A DNA stretch of 10,868 nucleotides from Calditrichaceae bacterium (GCA_050173015.1 JBFXLE010000047.1:1-10868), one strand, 5' to 3'. Numbered from the stretch's first letter, positions 1 to 9,003 are shown. A program made the numbers and translations. The notes: a model not told the origin generated them from the sequence alone.

Positions 1-111
1 AACGGTCGCTTGATATAAATCCCATAAAAATCCTTAAAAGTATGACTCAGTTTATGGCAATAAATTTACGTAATATGAACTATCCCCTCAACAATAATCT
101 GCAACAGCCTG
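1..111 (-). mobile_element. Possible left end of an insertion sequence (IS1182-like) with the first codons of a gene leaving the window
   Basis: Minus strand reads CAGGCTGTTGCAGA from 111, resembling IS1182-type termini as I recall them. TAAGGA RBS (36-31) and ATG at 25 give MGFISSDR to the edge. Only 8 codons are visible. Confidence 0.35.
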
Positions 112-211
112 GCATAAGGGAGGGGATAGAGGGGAGGGTCAGTCTCTTGCTGATCAGAAAATTCGCCCCAGAAAAATCCCGCAACACCAAAGTTGAATCT
201 TCAACTCTTAA

Positions 212-295
212 TTCTTTTTTCTTTTTTCTTTTTTCTTACTTCCTACTTCTTACTTCCTACTTCTTACTTCCTACTTCTTACTTCCCACTTCCCCC
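212..295. repeat. Heptamer tandem array, 12 units
   Basis: TTCTTTT x3 (212-232), alternating TTCTTAC/TTCCTAC x7 (233-281), TTCCCAC, TTCCCCC, all in one 7-bp register. Confidence 0.95.
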
Positions 296-958
296 GTCCA
301 TCGCCAATATTTTATCAATCCTGCGTTTGTGTCTTTCCGCTCCTCCCGGTGTCTCAAGGAATATTTTTACAATTTCTTTCGCTACTTCGCTTCCGATTAC
401 CTTGCTTCCCATCGTCAGCACATTGGCATAGTTATGTTCCCTGCAGCTTCTCGCTTCAAAGGCGTTGTTACATTTTGCCGCGAGCACCCCCCGCACCCTG
501 TTTGCCGCCATGGATGAACCGATCCCTACACTATCAATCATGATTCCCCGCTCCGCTTCACCGGATGATACCATTCTTGCTACCTGGACGGCATAATCCG
601 GGTAATCACACGGGTCCGCGTTTAACGGACCTAAATCCGAGACGGTGTAATCCAGTTTACGAAGATATTCTTTTATCTCTTCTTTCAGATAGTATCCCCC
701 GTGATCTGCCGCGATCGCGATTTTTTTAACCGGCCAGGACTCCGTGATTTTTTCAGAAACATTATCAGCGACACCGGTTCCCGCGTTCCAGTATTCTTTG
801 ATTTCCACACCAAGTTCACGGGCGGTATCCTTTGCGAGCGGTGTGATGATCGTATTTTTATCGATAAAAACGACCTTATTTAACTTCGCCGCTTTAATAA
901 TTTCCAATTCCCGTAATAATTTCTTCAAAACATTCCTCATGCTATCAATTTTTGTCAA
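278..958 (-). CDS. rpiB: RpiB/LacA/LacB family sugar-phosphate isomerase with N-terminal extension (start may be TTG at 928)
   Basis: Motifs IAIAADHGG, DYPDYA, GIGSSMAAN, REHNYANVLTMG, RHKRRI. About 75 extra N-terminal residues. GAGGA (938-934) lies 5 nt before the in-frame TTG at 928. Confidence 0.88.
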   Translation of the reverse strand: MTKIDSMRNVLKKLLRELEIIKAAKLNKVVFIDKNTIITPLAKDTARELGVEIKEYWNAGTGVADNVSEKITESWPVKKIAIAADHGGYYLKEEIKEYLRKLDYTVSDLGPLNADPCDYPDYAVQVARMVSSGEAERGIMIDSVGIGSSMAANRVRGVLAAKCNNAFEARSCREHNYANVLTMGSKVIGSEVAKEIVKIFLETPGGAERHKRRIDKILAMDGGSGK

Positions 959-1018
959 ATCTATGAAAATAAGAACAGACGTTCAAGTGAAAGCTCTGCG
1001 GTTCAGCCGCATTCCCTA

Positions 1019-2557
1019 TTATTCTAATTCACCGGTGACTTTCTCCATATAATCAACGAGATCACCCGATTGTATAAACTCTCTGGCCGTGTCGATATCT
1101 TTATAAATCAGGCGGTCTTCCTTCCAGTGCGCGATTTTCGATCGGACCAGATCAAGTATTTCCAGTGTACCCGCCGATGGCTGAAACGGAGCCCTCAGAT
1201 CAAGCGCCTGACAACCGCAGATCAATTCAATGGCCAGTACATTTTCGACATTCCCGACGATTTCCAGCGCTTTGCGCGCCGCATAGGTTCCCATACTCAC
1301 ATGATCTTCCTTATTGGCGGATGTCGGAATGGAATCCACACTCGCCGGATGCGCCAGTACCTTATTTTCTGAAACAAGCGCGGCCGCCGTGACCTGGGCA
1401 ATCATAAAACCGGAATTTAATCCGCCTTCTTCCGTCAGAAATCCCGCCATTTCGCTCACCGACGGATCCAGCATATGCTCGATTCTCCGCTCTGATATAT
1501 TCGCGATCTCCGCCATGATAATTCCAAGATAATCTGACGCCAGCGCAACCGGTTCGCCATGAAAATTTCCGCCGGATAAAACATCTCCGTTATCCGGAAA
1601 TACAAGCGGATTATCAGTCACGCCGTTCATTTCTCTCACAAAAACAGATTCGACATAATCCAGACCGTCTCTCACCGCGCCGTGCACCTGCGGCATACAT
1701 CGGAGACTATAGGCATCCTGTACACGGTGATCGGAAAAACGATGCGATTCCACAATCTGACTATTTTGTAAAATTTTTTGGAAATTGGCCGCGACTTTCT
1801 GCTGTCCCGGATGCCGGCGTATTTCATGTATCCTCGGATCAAACGCCGACAATGTTCCGAGCAGACCTTCCAGACTGACAGCGCCGATGATATCAGCTGA
1901 TTTTACGAGATTCTTCGCCTGAATCAACGCCCGGATCCCCTGTGCCTGTATGGCCTGAGTACCGTTAAGAATCGCCAAACCCTCTTTTGCTTCCAGAACA
2001 AGAGATTTTAATCCGGCCCGCTGTAACGCTTTTTGGCTGTCTATTCTCTTTCCATCGTAAAAGGCATCTCCTTCACCGATTAAAACAAGCGCCATATGCG
2101 CGAGAGGCGCGAGATCACCGCTGGCGCCGACAGATCCCTTTTCGGGAACGACCGGGGTGATCCCTTTGTTCAACAAATCCGTCAGCATTTGAACAACTTC
2201 GATTCTAACTCCGCTATAACCCTGTGACAAATTTTTTATTTTAAGGAGCATCATCAACCGGACGGTTTCCACCGGCATCGGATTACCCACACCGGCCGCA
2301 TGACTGAGAACCAGACGGCGCTGCAGCTCTGCTGTTTCATCTTTTTTTATTCTTACATCAGCGAATTTCCCAAAACCGGTATTCACCCCGTAAACAATTT
2401 TACCCGATTCCACAATATCTTTGATTATTTGACGACTCGCATTGATCTTCTTTTTAACCGGTTCTTCAAGCGCGATCAATGGGTTTGATTTAAGAAAAAA
2501 TTTAATATCATCCAAGGTCAGATCATGTTCACCGATTATCAGTTTTTTTTCAGCCAT
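1019..2557 (-). CDS. hutH: Histidine ammonia-lyase
   Basis: 512 aa; YGVNTGFG, LSHAAGVG, MIO-forming GASGDLAPLAH, QDAYSLRC, GGNFHG, SANKEDHVSMG; GGGAG RBS upstream. Confidence 0.97.
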   Translation of the reverse strand: MAEKKLIIGEHDLTLDDIKFFLKSNPLIALEEPVKKKINASRQIIKDIVESGKIVYGVNTGFGKFADVRIKKDETAELQRRLVLSHAAGVGNPMPVETVRLMMLLKIKNLSQGYSGVRIEVVQMLTDLLNKGITPVVPEKGSVGASGDLAPLAHMALVLIGEGDAFYDGKRIDSQKALQRAGLKSLVLEAKEGLAILNGTQAIQAQGIRALIQAKNLVKSADIIGAVSLEGLLGTLSAFDPRIHEIRRHPGQQKVAANFQKILQNSQIVESHRFSDHRVQDAYSLRCMPQVHGAVRDGLDYVESVFVREMNGVTDNPLVFPDNGDVLSGGNFHGEPVALASDYLGIIMAEIANISERRIEHMLDPSVSEMAGFLTEEGGLNSGFMIAQVTAAALVSENKVLAHPASVDSIPTSANKEDHVSMGTYAARKALEIVGNVENVLAIELICGCQALDLRAPFQPSAGTLEILDLVRSKIAHWKEDRLIYKDIDTAREFIQSGDLVDYMEKVTGELE

Positions 2558-2685
2558 CGATCATCTCCCGCAATTGAACAGTAAATTCTTTAATACAATT
2601 GATAACAGTCTTTATACAATAACTTGAATCTCTTCCCAATCCAATTATTTATTGTTAATCAACCAGCAGTTTTTTTATAAAAATG

Positions 2686-5631
2686 TCACTTTTTTTCTAA
2701 AAACCATTCATCCATACTATCCAGCAGCGTCCGTTTATCAAAGTAGATATCACCTTTTACGGGAAGACTGCTCAAAAATTGTTTCCCGTACTGCATTTTG
2801 CTCAATCTGTTGTCCGCGATAATAACCGCGCCGAAATCCGATTTCGTCCTGATCAGCCGGCCAAATCCCTGTCTGAATTTAATGATCGCTTCGGGAACAG
2901 AATAGTCAAAGAACGCGTTGCCTCCCTGCTTTTTAATTTCATCCATTCTGGCGGCGATCAATGGTTCGGTCGGAACATCAAACGGCAGCTTTGGAATAAA
3001 TAAAATCTCAAGCGCGTCACCCGGAACATCCACACCTTCCCAGAAACTATCCGTTCCGAATAAAATTGAATCCCTGTATTCCTTAAACTGATTTAGAATA
3101 TTTGTGCGGCTTCCGCTTTTCCCCTGGGCAAGAAGCAAGATCCGTTCAGCTTCAAAATGCGGTTTCATCGATTCATATGCCAGATTAAGAAGGCTGTAGC
3201 TTGTAAACAAAACCAGCATGCCCGTCTGATGATGTTTATGAATATCCTTGATCAGTTCAAATAATGCCGCCGAGTAGTCCGCGCTTCTCGGATCAGGGAT
3301 GAAATCGGTCACCGCCAGCATTAATTGACTTTTATAATTAAAAGGCGATCCCAAAATGGCGGTCTCAACCTTTTTATCATCAAACTGAGTCAATCCCGTA
3401 CGCTTAACAAAATAGTCAAACCGTTGTTCGACCGCCAGCGTCGCGGATGTAAAGACAGCGGTACTCAAGGATTCATACAGATTTTGCCTGAGAAGATCGG
3501 CGATATTCAAGGGAACAGCATGCATGGTAACATCATTTATCCGCTCATTACGCGGTAAATCGAGCCAGTAAACATATTTATCCGATTCTGCCTTCAGACA
3601 GAAATCGAACGATTCCGAAAGCGCGTTAATATCGGTCTCAACGGCCACCAGTTCCCGGCGCAGCTGATCCTGAAATTCAAAGCGATCCGGATCCAGATTG
3701 TCAAATTCATTGATGATTTCACTCAGATTTCTGCTCAAGCCTGACATACTTTGTTTTATTTCATCGATCTGTTCCGTGAGATCCCTGAAATAACGGAAAT
3801 TCTGATAATACCTTATCCGGTTGTCATCCTGACCAGCCTGATATTTTGCGCGGATGGCCTGAGCAAACTCATTATAGAACTGCAGGACGCTTTGCTTTAA
3901 CCGTGTACTGCTGCGTTTCAGTTTTCCGGTATGTCGGTGTAACTGATTCTTAACATCCTGATCCACATTCCCGCGACTCAGCCGGTATTCAAGCTGGAGA
4001 ATCGTTCCGGTCTTTTTTGGCTCTTCTTCGTATAATTTATGATACAGATTTCTGAATGACCAGTAACTTACACGGATACCAAGATGCTCCGCCGCGGTCT
4101 TTTCAATATTATGCGCCTCATCCACTATAAGATTTCTGTACTCGCCCAGAATGCTGTGATCAGCCGCCAGATCTGAGAACAAAAGAGCGTGGTTTACAAT
4201 GACTAAATCAGCCTGTCTGGCATTCTCTCTTGCTTTCATCAAAAAACAGTCGGAATAAAACTTACAGGCCCGTCCGGGACAGTAGGATGGTTCGGCGATT
4301 AATTTTTGCCAAAGCCCGAGATTATTATCCAGTTGAAAACCCATATTTTCCGCGATATCACCGGTTCGTGTCTGTTCCGCCCAAAGTACAAGCGGCAAAA
4401 TTCGTGACCGTTCGTCCTGTGAAAGGCGTTGATTCATATCCGTCATCACCGTATTCCACTTCTCGACACAGAGATAATTTGACCGGCCTTTCAGAAGAAC
4501 GGCCTTAAACCGCCCTTTTCTGGCGCTGTAGAGTGTCGGGATATCTTTAAAGAATAATTGTTCCTGCAGGTTTTTTGTATTTGTCGATATAATCACACGC
4601 TGTCCGGCGTCACGGTTTTTTGCCGCCCATTCCACCGCGGGAACAAGATAGGCCATCGATTTACCGGTGCCGGTTCCCGCTTCAGCGATCAGAAATTCCG
4701 AATGATTGAACGCGTTGTTTATCAATCCCGCCATCTCGTTCTGCTGTTCGCGGAGTTCATATTTCGGGATAATATCGGCCAGTTTACCGCCATCCTGAAA
4801 GTACCCGTCAACGACCTGTTCATCGACCGGATATAACTCTTTTTCACCGGCATCATTATCAAGACCGAACTCTCCCTGTCCAATAATGTTATAATATTGC
4901 TGAGCATGTTTGACATCTTCCACAAGCGCCGAAGATGTGACGGTAATATTATTTTCTTTTTTAAACTTGAGAACCGGAACAAAGAAGGTTTTGGCGCGCA
5001 CTGAATTGGCAAAGAGCAGATTGATGATATTACTCAGAATTTTGTTATCCACCGCGAGCGCGCGGTCAATCAGCTCGAGAAATATATGTCCTGTGGCTCT
5101 GGCGTCTTCTATAGCCCGGTGAGCGTTTTCAATATCATAACCAAAATACTTAGCAACAACGCCTAATTTCAGCTTGGGAAGAAATGGAAGGAGAATTCTT
5201 GACAAAAACAGGGTATCCATCCTGACATTATCAACATATTTAAATCTTTGAACCGGGTTCTGCCAGTTTTCGAAATCATTGTGCCTGACGCGGTACTGAT
5301 ATTCAATGAACGAAGCGTCAAAATTTACCTGATGACCTACAAACGGAGCGCCGCCCAAAAAACGGTCAAGCTCCGGAAAAATTTTTTCTATCGGCGGCGC
5401 GTCCGCCACATCTTTATCCGATATCCCTGTTAAACGTGTGATAAATTCAGGAATTTCAACACCCGGATTCACCAGATGCTCAAAAGTTTCAGCTTCTTCT
5501 CCATCGACAAATTTTATAGCGCCGACTTCAATAATTTTATTGTTTTCCGGTTCGAGTCCGGTCGTCTCCAAATCGACAACGATAAAGGTGGATAAACCAA
5601 GGTATTTGAGCAGTTCTTTTCTTAATTCCAT
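2686..5631 (-). CDS. dinG: DnaQ-like DEDDh 3'-5' exonuclease fused to DinG family helicase
   Basis: Exonuclease motifs VDLETTG, HQVNFD, HRAIEDA; helicase motifs REQQ, EAGTGTGKS, DEAH, TSATL, SFWEGVD, QGFGRLIR. Confidence 0.95.
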   Translation of the reverse strand: MELRKELLKYLGLSTFIVVDLETTGLEPENNKIIEVGAIKFVDGEEAETFEHLVNPGVEIPEFITRLTGISDKDVADAPPIEKIFPELDRFLGGAPFVGHQVNFDASFIEYQYRVRHNDFENWQNPVQRFKYVDNVRMDTLFLSRILLPFLPKLKLGVVAKYFGYDIENAHRAIEDARATGHIFLELIDRALAVDNKILSNIINLLFANSVRAKTFFVPVLKFKKENNITVTSSALVEDVKHAQQYYNIIGQGEFGLDNDAGEKELYPVDEQVVDGYFQDGGKLADIIPKYELREQQNEMAGLINNAFNHSEFLIAEAGTGTGKSMAYLVPAVEWAAKNRDAGQRVIISTNTKNLQEQLFFKDIPTLYSARKGRFKAVLLKGRSNYLCVEKWNTVMTDMNQRLSQDERSRILPLVLWAEQTRTGDIAENMGFQLDNNLGLWQKLIAEPSYCPGRACKFYSDCFLMKARENARQADLVIVNHALLFSDLAADHSILGEYRNLIVDEAHNIEKTAAEHLGIRVSYWSFRNLYHKLYEEEPKKTGTILQLEYRLSRGNVDQDVKNQLHRHTGKLKRSSTRLKQSVLQFYNEFAQAIRAKYQAGQDDNRIRYYQNFRYFRDLTEQIDEIKQSMSGLSRNLSEIINEFDNLDPDRFEFQDQLRRELVAVETDINALSESFDFCLKAESDKYVYWLDLPRNERINDVTMHAVPLNIADLLRQNLYESLSTAVFTSATLAVEQRFDYFVKRTGLTQFDDKKVETAILGSPFNYKSQLMLAVTDFIPDPRSADYSAALFELIKDIHKHHQTGMLVLFTSYSLLNLAYESMKPHFEAERILLLAQGKSGSRTNILNQFKEYRDSILFGTDSFWEGVDVPGDALEILFIPKLPFDVPTEPLIAARMDEIKKQGGNAFFDYSVPEAIIKFRQGFGRLIRTKSDFGAVIIADNRLSKMQYGKQFLSSLPVKGDIYFDKRTLLDSMDEWFLEKK

Positions 5632-5672
5632 TATTTTTCCGGTATTGAATGAGAAGTTTTTATAAAAGCTTT

Positions 5673-5701
5673 ATTTTACAAAATACTTGCATGACAGGCA
5701 A
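5673..5701 (-). promoter_or_regulatory. Candidate sigma70 promoter for dinG
   Basis: TTGCCT (5701-5696), 17 nt, TAAAAT (5678-5673), about 40 nt upstream of the ATG. Confidence 0.6.
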
Positions 5702-5864
5702 AGAAAATTTGGCTGATTAACAGGATAAAGCTTTTGATAAACCCAATATCCGAAAAATGTTCAAAATCCACCATGATGTTTTCGCATTCTGAGCCAAAAC
5801 AGATGCAAAATCATGACAAATTTATCCGGCGTCAAATTTCAATTCAGAATATATGTGAAGATCT

Positions 5865-6422
5865 CTAAATATCATTTCGTGAAAATTTACTTACAAAAAA
5901 AGCAAGAGCGCCTGATAAACCCAGTATATATAAAAATCCGCCAAAACCCATTATTCCGAATACATTCCACGGAACGTTGATATTGATTTTTGATTCTTCA
6001 GGATGCAGTGGACTTACATGTACCGGAATCATGCTGCCGACCGGGTAGTTCTTCAGAATGTTTGTCGCCGTCTGACGCCGGTTGTTACGACCGCCAAATC
6101 CGGGTGTATCCAGATTTGTGCTGTCAACATGGACAACCCCGTCAATCAGATAGGAGTATGTCACTTGCGGTCTGATCGCTCTTTCACCGGTGATTTTGGT
6201 TTCCAGAATTTTCCCGTTAACGATGTTCCACAGTCTGTATTGCTGAATTTTATTATATTCATGGTCTTCAAGATTTAATAATAAAACCCCGCAAAACAGA
6301 AATAATAAAGCGATGCCGAAAAAATATTTATTTACGAATGGTACTTTTTTGCGAACCGCCAATACGAATATTATCAACACACTCACGAAAGTTAAGGAAC
6401 CGATGACTTCAATCCACAACAC
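5865..6422 (-). CDS. Membrane protein, DUF3592-like
   Basis: Two N-terminal hydrophobic segments, the pattern W..V.GKI...P.V.Y.Y.IDG...YPVG..I.VH..P..PE.S, and a C-terminal hydrophobic segment. GTG start with GGAG upstream. Confidence 0.75.
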   Translation of the reverse strand: MLWIEVIGSLTFVSVLIIFVLAVRKKVPFVNKYFFGIALLFLFCGVLLLNLEDHEYNKIQQYRLWNIVNGKILETKITGERAIRPQVTYSYLIDGVVHVDSTNLDTPGFGGRNNRRQTATNILKNYPVGSMIPVHVSPLHPEESKININVPWNVFGIMGFGGFLYILGLSGALAFFVSKFSRNDI

Positions 6423-6506
6423 GTCCTGATGCTCCGGGTTATTATTAATGTAAAAGAGTACAAAAACTAAAATAATGATTGATTTATTCTGATCATAAAA
6501 AATATT

Positions 6507-8609
6507 TTATGCTTTTTTATCCGTAAATCTGATTAATCTCAGACTGTTGAAAATCACAATCAGGCTCGCCCCCATATCAGCGAACACCGCCATCCACAAA
6601 GTGGCTAATCCCGGAACGGCCAATACCAGAAATATCAGTTTCAGTCCAAGCGCAATGGCTATATTTTCCCTGATTCTGGCCACGGTAGCACTGCTCAGAC
6701 TTTTTAAATGAGGAATCATAGCAAGGTCATCGTGCATAAGCACAATATCCGCTGTCTCAAGCGTCACATCGCTTCCGGTTTGCCCCATGCCGATTCCTAC
6801 AGTCGCTTTCGCCAGGGCGGGCGCGTCATTCACACCGTCTCCCACCATACATACCTGTCCGTATTTTTGGGCCAATGTTTCTATTAACCGCACTTTGTCC
6901 TCCGGCATAAGCTCAGCATGTAAGATATCGATACCCACATGACGGGCCATATTTTTCGCGACATTCTGATGGTCACCACTCATCATAATAATTTTGTCGA
7001 CTCCGGCACTCTTCAGTTTGTTTACGGTTTCATACGCGTTTTCCCGGATTTGGTCCGCTATATCAAAATATCCGAATACCCGTTCCCCGTTCCCGATATA
7101 GACTCTTGTTTTTTCACCACCCGGATCCGGAAGGATCTGTTTTTGTAGTGGAAGTACTTCATCAAAATACCGGGCGTTTCCTATGTTGATTGTCTGCCCA
7201 TCGATCATTCCTGATACCCCCAATCCGGGGATAATCTTGAATGACTCCACTTGTTGAGCTTCAATTCCCTTCTGACGCGCGTAATTACAAATGGATTCAG
7301 CGATCGGATGTTCCGCTTTTGATTCGAGGGATATGGCAAAAGATAAAAGCTCATTCTCCCGGTGTTCATTTAGAACCATAAATTTTTCCACGACCGGCGT
7401 TCCATAGGTCAGTGTCCCCGTTTTATCAAAGGCAATCGCGGTAATCCGGTCAAAAACCTCCAGATAATTACCGCCTTTGATCAGAATGCCCTTTCGGGCG
7501 GCATGGCTTAGGGCTGAGACAATAGCTACCGGCGTCGATATGACAAGAGCGCAGGGACAGGATATCACGAGCAGTACCAATGAACGGTAAAACCATTCTG
7601 AAAAGGGCTGATTCCATAACAGCGGCGGAATAACGGCAACCATGAAAGCCATGGCGACGACAGCAGGTGTATAATATCCGGAGAATTTCTCAACAAAGCT
7701 TTGAATGGGCGCTTTTTCAGACTGCGCTTTTTCTACCAGTTTTATGATACCGGCCAAGACCGTATCATCACTATTGGCGGTTACCTGAACTTCAAGAGCG
7801 CCAAATTGATTTAATGTGCCCGCGAATACTTTATCGCCTTTATGTTTGAACACCGGCTGACTTTCTCCCGTGACCGGACTCTGATCAATATATGAATCTC
7901 CGTGTATGACCAATCCGTCCAGTGGCAGACGCATACCCGGCTTGATAAGAACAATTTGTCCTGATTTTACGTCTTCAACCGGTAGGGATAATTCCCGGCC
8001 ATCCTGAAGCACAATGGCCATTTCCGGAACTAATTTTAACAACGATTCAATGGATTTTCTCGCTTTATCAAGCGAAAAGGACTCCAGCCATTCGGCCAGC
8101 GCAAATAAAAACACAACCGCGGCGGCTTCGGTCCATTCACCAATAATTCCTGCCCCTATCACCGCTATGGTCATCAATAAATTTATTCCGGGTCGGAGGG
8201 ATTTTAGCTCAGAATATGCCTTCATCGCGATTTTATACCCACCCAAAATAATCGCTATGGTAAGAAGAGAAATCGTAATTTCCCCCGGGAAGTGATTAAA
8301 CCTCAATACACCGCCCGCTAAAAGAAAAATTCCTGATATAATTAACGGAATCAGGTTTTGGGAAAAAGAAAGTGATTCCGAACGCTTTTTACTGACGGGA
8401 CGTAAGGAATAACCTGATTTTTTGATGGTTTTTATTAAGATATGGTCAATATCCGAAATAGTATGATCTTCGATGACCAGTTTTTGACTCATAAAATTTA
8501 CCCGAAACTTTTTTATACCGTCAAGCTTTCGGATACTATTTTCAATCTTTAGAGCGCAATCGGCACAATCCATCCCGTCAATCATGTATTCTAACTGCTT
8601 TTGTTTCAT
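6507..8609 (-). CDS. cadA: Heavy-metal-translocating P1B-type ATPase, Zn/Cd/Pb (P1B-2) type
   Basis: HMA domain GMDCADC, TGES, SCPC, DKTGT, EHP, GDGVNDAP, Lys in GLK and ADMG in the last two helices. Confidence 0.93.
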   Translation of the reverse strand: MKQKQLEYMIDGMDCADCALKIENSIRKLDGIKKFRVNFMSQKLVIEDHTISDIDHILIKTIKKSGYSLRPVSKKRSESLSFSQNLIPLIISGIFLLAGGVLRFNHFPGEITISLLTIAIILGGYKIAMKAYSELKSLRPGINLLMTIAVIGAGIIGEWTEAAAVVFLFALAEWLESFSLDKARKSIESLLKLVPEMAIVLQDGRELSLPVEDVKSGQIVLIKPGMRLPLDGLVIHGDSYIDQSPVTGESQPVFKHKGDKVFAGTLNQFGALEVQVTANSDDTVLAGIIKLVEKAQSEKAPIQSFVEKFSGYYTPAVVAMAFMVAVIPPLLWNQPFSEWFYRSLVLLVISCPCALVISTPVAIVSALSHAARKGILIKGGNYLEVFDRITAIAFDKTGTLTYGTPVVEKFMVLNEHRENELLSFAISLESKAEHPIAESICNYARQKGIEAQQVESFKIIPGLGVSGMIDGQTINIGNARYFDEVLPLQKQILPDPGGEKTRVYIGNGERVFGYFDIADQIRENAYETVNKLKSAGVDKIIMMSGDHQNVAKNMARHVGIDILHAELMPEDKVRLIETLAQKYGQVCMVGDGVNDAPALAKATVGIGMGQTGSDVTLETADIVLMHDDLAMIPHLKSLSSATVARIRENIAIALGLKLIFLVLAVPGLATLWMAVFADMGASLIVIFNSLRLIRFTDKKA

Positions 8610-8971
8610 ACTCCGCTTTCAGTGACGTGTTCATGGCCTATTTTTAATAATTCTTTAACATGATCATCATCGAGAACATAATAGACATTTTTGCCTTGTT
8701 TCCGAAACGTCACGAGTCTGGATGTCTTGAGAATTCTCAATTGATGTGAAACGGCGGATATGGACATATTGATCGTCGCCGCGATATCACAGACGCATAA
8801 TTCATCCATGGTAAGCGCTGTTATTATCTTCAGACGGGTGGGATCGCTGAGAACGGCGAAAATTTGACCAAGATCCTGAAGAATCGGTTCTTCCGGAATT
8901 TCCTTTTGAATACGTTCAACTTTTTTCCTGTCAATGGCATTCTCGGAACAAATTTCAATGATAGGACTCAA
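8606..8971 (-). CDS. ArsR/SmtB (CadC-like) metal-responsive repressor, 121 aa; start revised from 9019 to TTG at 8971
   Basis: LSDPTRLKI, ELCVCD, SAVSHQLRIL, DDHVKELLKIGHEHVTE. AAGGAG (8985-8980) is 8 nt before the in-frame TTG. Its stop overlaps the ATPase start (ATGA, 8609-8606). Confidence 0.93.
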   Translation of the reverse strand: MSPIIEICSENAIDRKKVERIQKEIPEEPILQDLGQIFAVLSDPTRLKIITALTMDELCVCDIAATINMSISAVSHQLRILKTSRLVTFRKQGKNVYYVLDDDHVKELLKIGHEHVTESGV

Positions 8972-9003
8972 GAGCTTTTCTCCTTTGTGCACAAATGTTT
9001 CAA

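Noticed and set aside
42..543. Plus-strand ORFs 42..431 and 193..543
   Set aside because: Their SYFLL repeats come from the heptamer array and they overlap rpiB antisense.
1019..2557. Phenylalanine/tyrosine ammonia-lyase or aminomutase
   Set aside because: The specificity residues are Ser-His (HAL type) and no biosynthetic genes are nearby.
2686..5631. Type IV CRISPR-associated DinG or a defence helicase
   Set aside because: No cas genes or array; housekeeping exonuclease-DinG architecture and context.
329..8295. Other short ORFs inside rpiB, hutH, dinG, the DUF3592-like gene and cadA
   Set aside because: Antisense or alternate-frame shadows of well-supported genes, with no recognisable motifs.
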